A stretch of 64,000 bases of DNA from positions 416,001 through 480,000 of the forward strand of contig CAWDSK010000003.1 of assembly GCA_963804995.1 (NCBI GenBank), written 5' to 3'. Below the pieces are notes generated by a model. That model was not told the origin of the DNA, did no database searches, and saw only the letters and a program-made list of their open reading frames with translations. Origin of the DNA: an uncultured Acidobacteriota bacterium (GTDB taxonomy: Bacteria > Acidobacteriota > Terriglobia > UBA7540). A program made the position numbers and the translations under genes. Positions 9,580-18,213 of this stretch are shown here, piece after piece (the stretch's first letter is position 1; every line of letters begins with the position of its first letter).

Positions 9580-10749
9580 ATGCAATTCTCCGAGCGGATT
9601 TCACGGATTACTGTCTCTTCCACGGCTGCGGTTTTGCAGAAGGCCGATAAGCTGCGCGCCATGGGCGTGAAGTTGGTCGACTTTGGCGCCGGCGAGCCCG
9701 ACTTCCCTACCCCCGACCACATTAAGCAAGCCGCAGTCCAAGCGCTCGAGGAGAACTTCACCAAATACACTCCCACGGGCGGCATCCGCGACTTGAAAGC
9801 TGCTCTCGTCGACCGCCACGCCAAAGATTTTGGTTCGAACTACTCGGTGGAGGAATGTCTGGTCACCGTGGGCGGCAAACACGCCATTTTTGAAGCGATG
9901 GTGGCCACCCTTAATGACGGCGACGAGGTTATTCTCCCTGTCCCTTATTGGGTTTCCTTCCTGGACATCATCCAATACGCCGGCGGCAAGGCGGTCATGC
10001 TCGAAACCCAGGAGGCGGAGAACTTCGCCGTGCGCGCCGAGGCAGTAGAAAAGCTGATCACGCCGCGAACCAAGGCGATCATTATAAATTCTCCCAACAA
10101 TCCCACCGGCGCGGTGGTGCCTCCTCAGGAGATGCAGAAACTGCTGGACGTAGCCGTCCGGCACAATCTCCTATTGTTATCCGACGAATGCTATTGCCAA
10201 TTCTTATATGATGACCAGCCGTTTTCGTTGGGGAGTTTGAAGGATCGCGAAAACCTCTTAATAGTGGGCTCGCTTTCGAAAACCTACGCCATGACTGGCT
10301 GGCGCGTCGGGTTTGCTCTGGGGGCTACCAAGCTGCTTGCCAACATGCTGAAGCTGCAAAGCCACTCCACTTCCAATCCCACGTCGATCGCGCAAAAGGC
10401 AGCCGTGGAGGCATTACGCGCCTCCCAGGATTCCGTGCGCGCCATGCTGGCGGAGTATCGCCGGCGCCGCGACCATGTAGTGGAAGGCCTGAGGGCCATC
10501 CCCGGAATCAAGTGCACGCTTCCCGAAGGCGCGTTTTATGCTTACCCCAATATCTCGGCTTATCTGAATCGGGACGGCCTGGCAGACACTACCGTACTTG
10601 CGGAAAAGCTCCTGGATGAAGCCCATGTCGCCGTGGTGCCCGGGCAGGCATTTGGAACGCACCAACACGTGCGAATTTCCTACGCGACTTCCCTGGGGCA
10701 AATCGAGGAAGGGTTAAGGCGGATGGCAGCTTTCTTCGCCCGGTTCTAA
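9580..10749 (+). CDS. PLP-dependent class I/II aminotransferase (aspartate aminotransferase-like)
   Basis: GEPDFPTP, NSPNNPTG, SDECY, SKTYAMTGWRVG. Confidence 0.93.
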   Translation: MQFSERISRITVSSTAAVLQKADKLRAMGVKLVDFGAGEPDFPTPDHIKQAAVQALEENFTKYTPTGGIRDLKAALVDRHAKDFGSNYSVEECLVTVGGKHAIFEAMVATLNDGDEVILPVPYWVSFLDIIQYAGGKAVMLETQEAENFAVRAEAVEKLITPRTKAIIINSPNNPTGAVVPPQEMQKLLDVAVRHNLLLLSDECYCQFLYDDQPFSLGSLKDRENLLIVGSLSKTYAMTGWRVGFALGATKLLANMLKLQSHSTSNPTSIAQKAAVEALRASQDSVRAMLAEYRRRRDHVVEGLRAIPGIKCTLPEGAFYAYPNISAYLNRDGLADTTVLAEKLLDEAHVAVVPGQAFGTHQHVRISYATSLGQIEEGLRRMAAFFARF

Positions 10750-10756
10750 CCAGGTC

Positions 10757-11830
10757 ATGCCTACTTTTAACGGTCCACTCCAACTCTCCAACGTCTTTAA
10801 GCCAAAAATCTGGGGGAAGCGGGATTTGACGCCGCTCTTCACGGCGCCCCAGCACCAAGGCCCGGCGAGTGACACCGACTCTGACCAACTCATCGGCGAG
10901 GTTTGGATCACCGACGACCTCTCGCGTTTTCAGAATGGTCCCGCCGCGGGAATGACCCTCGCCGAAGCGTCCGAAAAATATGGTCCGGAGCTGTACGGAA
11001 AATCCTGGGAGGGCCGCCGCTTTCCCCTTCTGGCAAAGTACATCTTCACCAGTGATTGGCTTTCCGTACAGGTTCACCCCGACGACGCCTACGCCGCGGT
11101 GCACGATCCGGGAAACCTGGGCAAGTGTGAGGCTTGGTATTTTCTGAGTTCGGAGCCGGAGGCGGCCATTTTACTGGGGTTGAAACCCAAGAGGACCCTG
11201 GAGCAATTAGAGCAGTCATTCGCCAGGGGAACGTCTCGCGATCATCTGCAGTCTTTCCGGCCACAACCCGACGAGGCGATGTTTCTGCCCTCGGGAATTG
11301 TGCATGCGTTAGGACCGGGGCTGGTGCTCTTCGAGGTGGAGGAAAACTCCGACCTCACCTATCGGCTCGATGATTTCGGCCGGATGGGCCTGGACGGCAA
11401 GCCGCGTCCGCTACATCTTGAAAAGGGGTTCGCTGTCATTCGCCCGGAACTGCGGCCCCTTCGGGACCTCCCTCGTTTCGAATTCAAAGAAAAATACGGC
11501 TCACGCCGGTTCGTCCTGGCCAGCCGGTTCTTCGCCCTGGAAGTACTGACCGTCCGCGCCACCGCCTCCCTCCGTAGCGCTCCCGAGCGCGTCGAGGTAC
11601 TATCCATTATCGAAGGCGAGGGGCGCATCGAAAATGAAGCCGGTTGGTTGTCTTATCGAACTGGCGACACATGGCTGATTCCGCCCGCCGCGAACCTGTA
11701 TCGCCTTGTACCGTTGCTGGACACCCGAGTTTTGAAAGTTTATGTCCCGGACCTGCAAAAGGATTTTCGGGAGCCCTTGAAGCGGCATGGAATCACGCCC
11801 GCGCAGATGCAGCAGATCATATTCGATTGA
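10757..11830 (+). CDS. manA: Type I mannose-6-phosphate isomerase
   Basis: KIWG, LSVQVHPDD, GKCEAWY, VHALG, EVEENSDLTYR. Confidence 0.9.
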   Translation: MPTFNGPLQLSNVFKPKIWGKRDLTPLFTAPQHQGPASDTDSDQLIGEVWITDDLSRFQNGPAAGMTLAEASEKYGPELYGKSWEGRRFPLLAKYIFTSDWLSVQVHPDDAYAAVHDPGNLGKCEAWYFLSSEPEAAILLGLKPKRTLEQLEQSFARGTSRDHLQSFRPQPDEAMFLPSGIVHALGPGLVLFEVEENSDLTYRLDDFGRMGLDGKPRPLHLEKGFAVIRPELRPLRDLPRFEFKEKYGSRRFVLASRFFALEVLTVRATASLRSAPERVEVLSIIEGEGRIENEAGWLSYRTGDTWLIPPAANLYRLVPLLDTRVLKVYVPDLQKDFREPLKRHGITPAQMQQIIFD

Positions 11831-11837
11831 GACGCTC

Positions 11838-12932
11838 ATGGCCCGCACATCGGTTTTCGCTCACGCCTACGCAGTAGTGATGGCCGGGGGCAGTGGCACA
11901 CGCTTCTGGCCACTCAGCCGCCGCCAGCATCCCAAACAACTGTTGGATCTCTTTGGCGGCGGCACGCTTCTTGCCCAAACCGTAGCTCGGCTCCTTCCCC
12001 TCGTCCCCCCAGAGCGGATTTACATTTTCACCAACGAGCTCATCTGGCGCGAGGTTTGCCGTAGCCTGCCGCAGATTCCGCGAGCCCAGATTGTGGCGGA
12101 GCCAGCCTCGCGCAATACTGCGCCAACCCTGGGTGTGGCGGCGCATGAGATCCTTCGCCGCGACCCGGACGGCCTGATGGTCGTTCTACCGGCAGACCAC
12201 GTCATCACTAAACTAACCGAGTACCACCGCGTCTTGCGTGCCGGGTGTGAGATGGCGTCCACCGAGGGGCGTTCCGTTGTCATTGGCCTGAAGCCCACCC
12301 GGCCTGAGACGGGGTACGGTTACGTTCGCCTCGGGGCACGCGAAACACGGATTGCCGGACAAGAGATTTTTGCTGTCGGAAAATTCACGGAGAAGCCCCC
12401 CCTGGCCGTGGCTCGCCGCTATGTGGCTTCCCACCGTTACCTATGGAACGGAGGGATGTTCATCTGGAAGGCCTCCACCCTGCTCAGAAACTTTGAGCGA
12501 GTCCAACCCCAAATGGCGAAGCAATTTGCCGAGATTGCTCTGGTGGGGGGCGTTCGGTCGTCAAAACCCTTTCGCCGACTCTTTCCAAAACTGGAGAAGA
12601 TTTCCATCGATTATGCCATCATGGAAAAGATCACGGACATCCACGCCGTGGCGGCGGATATTGGGTGGAATGACGTGGGGAGTTGGGCGGTGGCCTACGA
12701 CCTTTCTCCGAAAGATGGCGAGATGAACGTCCGGCCCGCACGCAGCCTTTGCCTGGATTCACGCGGCAACATGATTGTTGCCCAACGAGCTTTCGTGGTG
12801 ACCGTCGGGGTCCAAGACCTGGTCATTGTGGAAACGGAAGACGCCCTGCTGGTCTGTGCGCGCCAGCAGTCCCAGGAAGTAGGCAAAGCAGTTCAGGCGC
12901 TGGAAGAAGCGGGACTGCAAAAGCTGCTGTAA
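11838..12932 (+). CDS. manC: Mannose-1-phosphate guanylyltransferase
   Basis: MAGGSGTRFWPLSR..PKQ, EPASRNTAP, PETGYGY, ISIDYAIME, GWNDVGSW. Confidence 0.93.
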   Translation: MARTSVFAHAYAVVMAGGSGTRFWPLSRRQHPKQLLDLFGGGTLLAQTVARLLPLVPPERIYIFTNELIWREVCRSLPQIPRAQIVAEPASRNTAPTLGVAAHEILRRDPDGLMVVLPADHVITKLTEYHRVLRAGCEMASTEGRSVVIGLKPTRPETGYGYVRLGARETRIAGQEIFAVGKFTEKPPLAVARRYVASHRYLWNGGMFIWKASTLLRNFERVQPQMAKQFAEIALVGGVRSSKPFRRLFPKLEKISIDYAIMEKITDIHAVAADIGWNDVGSWAVAYDLSPKDGEMNVRPARSLCLDSRGNMIVAQRAFVVTVGVQDLVIVETEDALLVCARQQSQEVGKAVQALEEAGLQKLL

Positions 12933-13123
12933 GTTTGAGGTATCAGGTGTCAGGTGCCAGGAAAGGACGGAACTGTGTTCGGAAAGGACGAAACTCGAAA
13001 ATCGAAATTCGAAACTCGCGACCAAATGTTGCGTTGGGAAAATGCGTTTCCCAGTAGCGCTGACTGCCCGAATTGCAGCTTGTTTCTCCACATAGGCCGA
13101 TGCGGCACCACACATTGAATGAC

Positions 13124-13195
13124 CGCCCTCTCCGAGGGGAGAGGGTGGACCGCAACCGGCGTTTTCATCAGCCGGGGCGGGACGGGTGAGGGGTC
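13124..13195. repeat. CCCTCACCC/CCCTCTCCC REP family copy, flanked by inverted tcgaaaa/ttttcga heptamer tracts
   Basis: Reverse-complement match to 45158-45227 and 46473-46525. Confidence 0.7.
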
Positions 13196-13274
13196 ACGTG
13201 CGAGTTTGTGGCGTTTGAGCGAGGTAGCGAGTTTCGATTTTCGTTTTTCGATTTTCGAGTTTCGACTCTAAGGC

Positions 13275-14687
13275 ATGGATAAAATCAAGTTCGGTACAGA
13301 CGGCTGGCGCGGGGTAATTGCCGACAACTTCACTTTCGCCAATGTGCGTCGGGTCGCTCAAGCCATCGCCCAGTATGTTCGCGAGGAAAGCGATCCGGAG
13401 CGCGACCTGATTGTCGGCTACGATACCAGATTCCTTTCGGCGGAATTTGCTATGGCTACTGCAGAGGTGTTGGCCGCGGCAGGAATCCAAGTCTGGCTGG
13501 CCGGCACTGCTACTCCCACGCCCGCCGTAAGTTACGCCGTCGTGGCAGGTAAGACGGCTGGCGCCGTGATGATCACCGCCAGCCACAATCCCTACCGCTG
13601 GAATGGTGTGAAGTTTAAGGCTCCCTATGGTGGGTCGGCCGCCCCGGCCATTATTCATCGCATCGAGGTCCATCTGCGTCGACTCGATCGAAGCCGCCCA
13701 CCCCGGCGCAGGTCCAAGCCCGCTCCCATTCAAACGGTTGATCTGATTACGCCCTATCTCGAGCGGCTTAAGTGCCTGGTGCACCTGGATCATATCCGCT
13801 CGGCCGGTCAGAAATTTGTGATCGATCCTATGTATGGCGCGGGGCGCGGCTGCATCGCCCGCTTGTTTGACGAATGTGCTATTCCCTACCAGGAGATTCA
13901 CTCTGAGCTCAATCCCCTGTTTCCTGAGTTGAATCCCGAGCCCATCGAACCTCACGTGGCCGACCTGCGGCTGGCAGTAATCAAGGGCAATTACGATGCG
14001 GGTTTTGCTACTGATGGCGATGCGGACCGCATTGGCGCCATCGATCGCACCGGCGGGTTCGTCGATTCGCACAAGATCTTCTCCATCCTCCTCCAACACC
14101 TGGCCGGGGACCTGGGACTGCGCGGCGAAGTGGTGAAGACGTTCTCCACCACGCAGATGATCGACAAACTCGCGCGCAAGTACAACTTACCCCTGCACAT
14201 CACGCCCATCGGGTTCAAGTACATCTGCGAACTGATGCTTACTCACGACATTCTTATTGGCGGTGAGGAGAGCGGCGGCATCGGCATCAAGGGACACCTT
14301 CCCGAGCGCGACGGAATCCTGAACACGCTGCTGCTGGCGGAAGTGATGGCGGAGAAGGGGAAGACGCTGGGCGAACTCGTGCAGGAGTTGAACCGCGAGT
14401 TTGGCCCCCACTTCTATGGCCGCGTCGACCTGGAAGTGGAACTCTCCGCCGCCCAGCGACTGGTGAAGCAAGTGGCGAAGGGGAAATTCAGAAAGGTCGC
14501 AGGGCTCAAAGTGACGGCGGTCGAAGATTTGGACGGCGCCAAGCTGTATTTTGGGGATTCCGCATGGCTCCTGGTGCGCGCTTCCGGCACGGAGAATCTG
14601 CTGCGCCTTTATGCGGAAGCCCCCTCGCCCGAACAGGTGAAAGCGCTGCTCAGTGAGATGACAGCAGTCGCCAACGACCTGACATGA
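13275..14687 (+). CDS. manB: Phosphoglucomutase/phosphomannomutase
   Basis: FGTDGWRG, ITASHNP, DGDADR, GGEESGG, RASGTE. Confidence 0.93.
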   Translation: MDKIKFGTDGWRGVIADNFTFANVRRVAQAIAQYVREESDPERDLIVGYDTRFLSAEFAMATAEVLAAAGIQVWLAGTATPTPAVSYAVVAGKTAGAVMITASHNPYRWNGVKFKAPYGGSAAPAIIHRIEVHLRRLDRSRPPRRRSKPAPIQTVDLITPYLERLKCLVHLDHIRSAGQKFVIDPMYGAGRGCIARLFDECAIPYQEIHSELNPLFPELNPEPIEPHVADLRLAVIKGNYDAGFATDGDADRIGAIDRTGGFVDSHKIFSILLQHLAGDLGLRGEVVKTFSTTQMIDKLARKYNLPLHITPIGFKYICELMLTHDILIGGEESGGIGIKGHLPERDGILNTLLLAEVMAEKGKTLGELVQELNREFGPHFYGRVDLEVELSAAQRLVKQVAKGKFRKVAGLKVTAVEDLDGAKLYFGDSAWLLVRASGTENLLRLYAEAPSPEQVKALLSEMTAVANDLT

Positions 14688-14841
14688 GTCTGTGGTGGGA
14701 TCGAGCAGGACTGCAATCGACATTATGTCGGCGAACGGGCACTGGGAAGACCCCACGAGCGCCACCCATTGCAACCAAACAGGGCAAACCCTGAGAATGT
14801 CGGACTTAGTTAACGAATCTGCCGAACCTTGAACACTTAGC

Positions 14842-14871
14842 TTGACATGGTTATTCTACCCCGGCTAACAT
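14842..14871 (+). promoter_or_regulatory. Putative sigma70 promoter of ugd (TTGACA-18-TAACAT)
   Basis: Perfect -35 hexamer just upstream of the ugd start. Confidence 0.45.
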
Positions 14872-14884
14872 CTAGTTAAGGACT

Positions 14885-16345
14885 ATGACTGATAATAAGG
14901 CTTTGTCAAGGGTAAGTTCCCGCGATATCCCCATCACTGTCTTGGGTTTAGGTCACATTGGACTTCCCACTGCCCTGGGCTTAGCAGAGTTAGGCCGCAC
15001 CGTTATCGGGGCCGACGACGATACCGGAAAGGTCGGCCTCATTAAGTCGGGGCAACCGCCATTTTACGAACCGGGGCTCCATGACCTGCTAGCCAAGCAC
15101 CTGAAAAGCGGAAAGTTCCAGCCCGTTGAGGATGTGGAAGCGGCTATCCGGGCCGGGACCATCATCTTCATTTGCGTTGGTACGCCCCAGCGAGAAAGCG
15201 GCCAGGCTGACCTGAGCCAGGTGGAAGCCGTAGCCCGGGCGGTGGCGCGCAACTTGAACGGATACAAACTCCTCGTCGAAAAGAGCACGGTTCCGGCTAT
15301 TACCGCCCAGTGGCTGAAGCGAACCATCTTACGCTACGGCAACACAAAACCGGAGGCGGGTAAATCGACCCCGACCGCAGCTTCCTGGGCACAACCAGAT
15401 GCCGCCGCGGCCCCGGCGGATTTTGACGTAGCCTCCAATCCCGAATTCCTTCGAGAGGGCAAAGCCCTCGAGGACTTCTTCCGTCCTGACCGCATTGTCT
15501 GTGGCGTAGATTCAGACCGGGCACGGGAGTTGCTGACTGATCTTTACAGCTCGTTTCCCTCCCCCCTCGTGGTTACAAACATAGCCACCGCCGAACTGAT
15601 CAAACATGCTGCCAACGCATTTCTCTCCAACAAGATTTCCTTCATCAATATGGTGGCAGATCTCTGTGAAAAGGTAGGGGCGGACGTCACTGCCGTGGCT
15701 CGCGGCATCGGGCTGGATTCCCGCATCGGACGTCAGTTCCTGGATGCCGGGATAGGATATGGGGGGTACTGCTTCCCCAAGGACGTCCGCGCCTTTATCC
15801 ACCTCGCCGAGGAGCATGGAGTGGACTTCTCACTCCTGAAGGAGGTGGAGCGGGTTAACCAGCGCCGCATGGAGAGTTTTGTTCGCAAGGTCCGGCAAGC
15901 CCTCTGGAACCTGGAGGGGAAGACGCTCGGCATTTTGGGACTGGCATTCAAGGCCGGCACGGATGACATCCGGGAAGCGGTCAGTCTGAAGATCATCAAG
16001 GCGTTGCTTGATGAGGAAAGCATTCTTCGCCTGTATGATCCCCAAGCCATGCCGAATACGCAGCAGGTATTTCCCGCCACGCCAGGGCAAATCACCTACT
16101 GTGATTCCGCCTACGATGTGGCACGCGGTGCGCAGGCGTTGCTACTCCTCACGGAGTGGGAGGAATTCCGCCAGTTGGACCTGACCCGGTTGCGGGACCT
16201 GATGGAAGTTCCTGTCCTGGTAGATGGCAGAAACATCTATGACCCCGCCGCCGCTCACCAAGCGGGCTTTGAATACATCTCCGTCGGCCGCGGCGGAGCG
16301 GGCCCGGGCACGCGGCACCCTTTCCCAAAGGCAGTGTCCAAATAA
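14885..16345 (+). CDS. ugd: UDP-glucose 6-dehydrogenase
   Basis: [45 protein letters not shown]. Confidence 0.93.
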   Translation: MTDNKALSRVSSRDIPITVLGLGHIGLPTALGLAELGRTVIGADDDTGKVGLIKSGQPPFYEPGLHDLLAKHLKSGKFQPVEDVEAAIRAGTIIFICVGTPQRESGQADLSQVEAVARAVARNLNGYKLLVEKSTVPAITAQWLKRTILRYGNTKPEAGKSTPTAASWAQPDAAAAPADFDVASNPEFLREGKALEDFFRPDRIVCGVDSDRARELLTDLYSSFPSPLVVTNIATAELIKHAANAFLSNKISFINMVADLCEKVGADVTAVARGIGLDSRIGRQFLDAGIGYGGYCFPKDVRAFIHLAEEHGVDFSLLKEVERVNQRRMESFVRKVRQALWNLEGKTLGILGLAFKAGTDDIREAVSLKIIKALLDEESILRLYDPQAMPNTQQVFPATPGQITYCDSAYDVARGAQALLLLTEWEEFRQLDLTRLRDLMEVPVLVDGRNIYDPAAAHQAGFEYISVGRGGAGPGTRHPFPKAVSK

Positions 16346-16383
16346 GTCGGCCATTGCACGGAATCGAAGCGAGGCAACCTCTC

Positions 16384-17400
16384 ATGTCAAACTCCCCTGC
16401 AAGCGAGAATCGACCCTTGACCTTGGTCACAGGCGGCGCGGGGTTTCTGGGTTCCCACCTTTGCGATCGGCTCTTGGCGGAAGGCCACGATGTAATTTGT
16501 TTGGACAATCTGATTACCGGCCGCAAGGAGAACATCGCGCACCTTCAGACCGACCCGCATTTCCATTTTGTACTTCATGATGTCACGCACCCTATTCATC
16601 TACCTGCCCTGCTCGGTCAACCGCCTGCAAAACCCTTGGGCTTTAACCTGCGCCCATTGAGTTACCTCCTGCACTTTGCTTCCCCCGCCAGTCCGAAAGA
16701 CTACGCGCGCCATCCGATTCACACCCTGAAGGTGGGGGCGCTCGGGACTTACCATGCCTTGGGGCTGGCCAAGGCCCAGGGAAGTGTTTTCCTGCTGGCC
16801 TCGACATCGGAGGTCTACGGGGACCCAGAAATCAACCCCCAAACCGAGAAATATTGGGGACATGTCAACCCCATCGGCCCCCGCAGCGTTTACGACGAAG
16901 CCAAGAGGTTCGCGGAGGCCATCAGCATGGCTTACCACCGTGAGCACGGCGTGCAGGTGCGCATTGTTCGCATTTTCAACACCTATGGCGAGCGCATGCG
17001 GATGGACGACGGGCGAGCCTTGCCGAATTTCATGGTCCAGGCTCTCAAGGGCAAACCGCTGACCGTGTACGGAAAGGGAGACCAAACCCGCAGCTTGTGT
17101 TATGTGAGTGATCTGGTGGAGGGAATCTATCGAGTTCTGATTTCAAATGAAACCGGGCCCACCAATCTGGGAAACCCCGAGGAGGTTTCTATCCTGCAAC
17201 TCGCCGAAGCGGTGATACGGGTCACACAGAGCAAGAGCCCGATTGCCTTTGAACCACTTCCGACCGATGACCCGCGGCGCCGCCAGCCGGACATCACGGT
17301 GGCTCGGGAAAGACTCGGATGGGAGCCGCGAGTCAGTTTGGGAAATGGCTTAGTCAAGACGTTTCCCTACTTCCAGTCCTCGTTGCAAAATGAAACCTGA
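16384..17400 (+). CDS. uxs: UDP-glucuronate decarboxylase (UDP-xylose synthase)
   Basis: [44 protein letters not shown]. Confidence 0.9.
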   Translation: MSNSPASENRPLTLVTGGAGFLGSHLCDRLLAEGHDVICLDNLITGRKENIAHLQTDPHFHFVLHDVTHPIHLPALLGQPPAKPLGFNLRPLSYLLHFASPASPKDYARHPIHTLKVGALGTYHALGLAKAQGSVFLLASTSEVYGDPEINPQTEKYWGHVNPIGPRSVYDEAKRFAEAISMAYHREHGVQVRIVRIFNTYGERMRMDDGRALPNFMVQALKGKPLTVYGKGDQTRSLCYVSDLVEGIYRVLISNETGPTNLGNPEEVSILQLAEAVIRVTQSKSPIAFEPLPTDDPRRRQPDITVARERLGWEPRVSLGNGLVKTFPYFQSSLQNET

Positions 17401-17538
17401 GCAAGCGATTCACCACCCTCCAGTCCGGTAGGTCAAGCCCAGCCCGCAATTCTCGCCCGTCAGGCGCCGCACGCTTGTGGCGTATTGACTCTTCCACTTG
17501 GGAGCGAAGTCGCGCCCGGAATGCGCAGCCGCCCCGGA

Positions 17539-18090
17539 TCAGGAGTTCTTCCCGGCAGACTGGGTGGCCAAGCGCTTGATGATCATTTCGAAGCGAGCCG
17601 ATGCCAGGGCAATATTCTCCAGGACATCCGCGGGCAGTTCGTCGAGGTCTTCCTCGATTTCCCCTCCCCCGCCTTTCTGGCCGGCGCTCAAGCGGGCAGT
17701 AGCCACGCGAAGACGGTCCGCCAGGAAAGTCGCGAGTGACAGGTAGAACCGCGAAGCAAATCCCAGATCCTTCTGAAGCTTGGCACGGAGCGCAGCCTTG
17801 GGGACGGCCAGGACCTGAGAATCGACCGCGGCTTTGACGCTAGCCGAAGGAGGCCGCGAGTCGACAAACGAAATCTCGCCTACGATTTCGCCCGCCAACA
17901 ATTTGGCAATCTCCACGCCTCCGGAGTAGACCTGGAGTTGCCCATCAATCAGGATAAACACTGAATCGATGGGAACGCCTTGCTGGATGATCACTGCGCC
18001 CGCGCGGATCGCCCGGGCTTTACCCGCATTGGCCAGCCAACTGGCGTCACTATCGTCGAGAATGCCTAAAAAATAGAGCGCTTTTCGCAT
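17539..18090 (-). CDS. Cyclic nucleotide-binding domain protein associated with bacteriocin-type transport
   Basis: GEIVGEISF..RPPSASV cNMP-binding motif; last gene of the NHLM cassette. Confidence 0.85.
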   Translation of the reverse strand: MRKALYFLGILDDSDASWLANAGKARAIRAGAVIIQQGVPIDSVFILIDGQLQVYSGGVEIAKLLAGEIVGEISFVDSRPPSASVKAAVDSQVLAVPKAALRAKLQKDLGFASRFYLSLATFLADRLRVATARLSAGQKGGGGEIEEDLDELPADVLENIALASARFEMIIKRLATQSAGKNS

Positions 18091-18213
18091 GATTCCTCCT
18101 CAAGAACAGTGGCTAGCGGCTAGTGGTTAGTGGCCAGTAAAACAGTCGCCAAGCCGAAAACTGACAACCGGTTTTCTAACCACTAACCACTGACCACTAT
18201 CCACTGCTCTTCT

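Noticed and set aside
10757..17400. Novel polysaccharide biosynthesis island
   Set aside because: Only ordinary nucleotide-sugar housekeeping genes; no glycosyltransferases or export genes.
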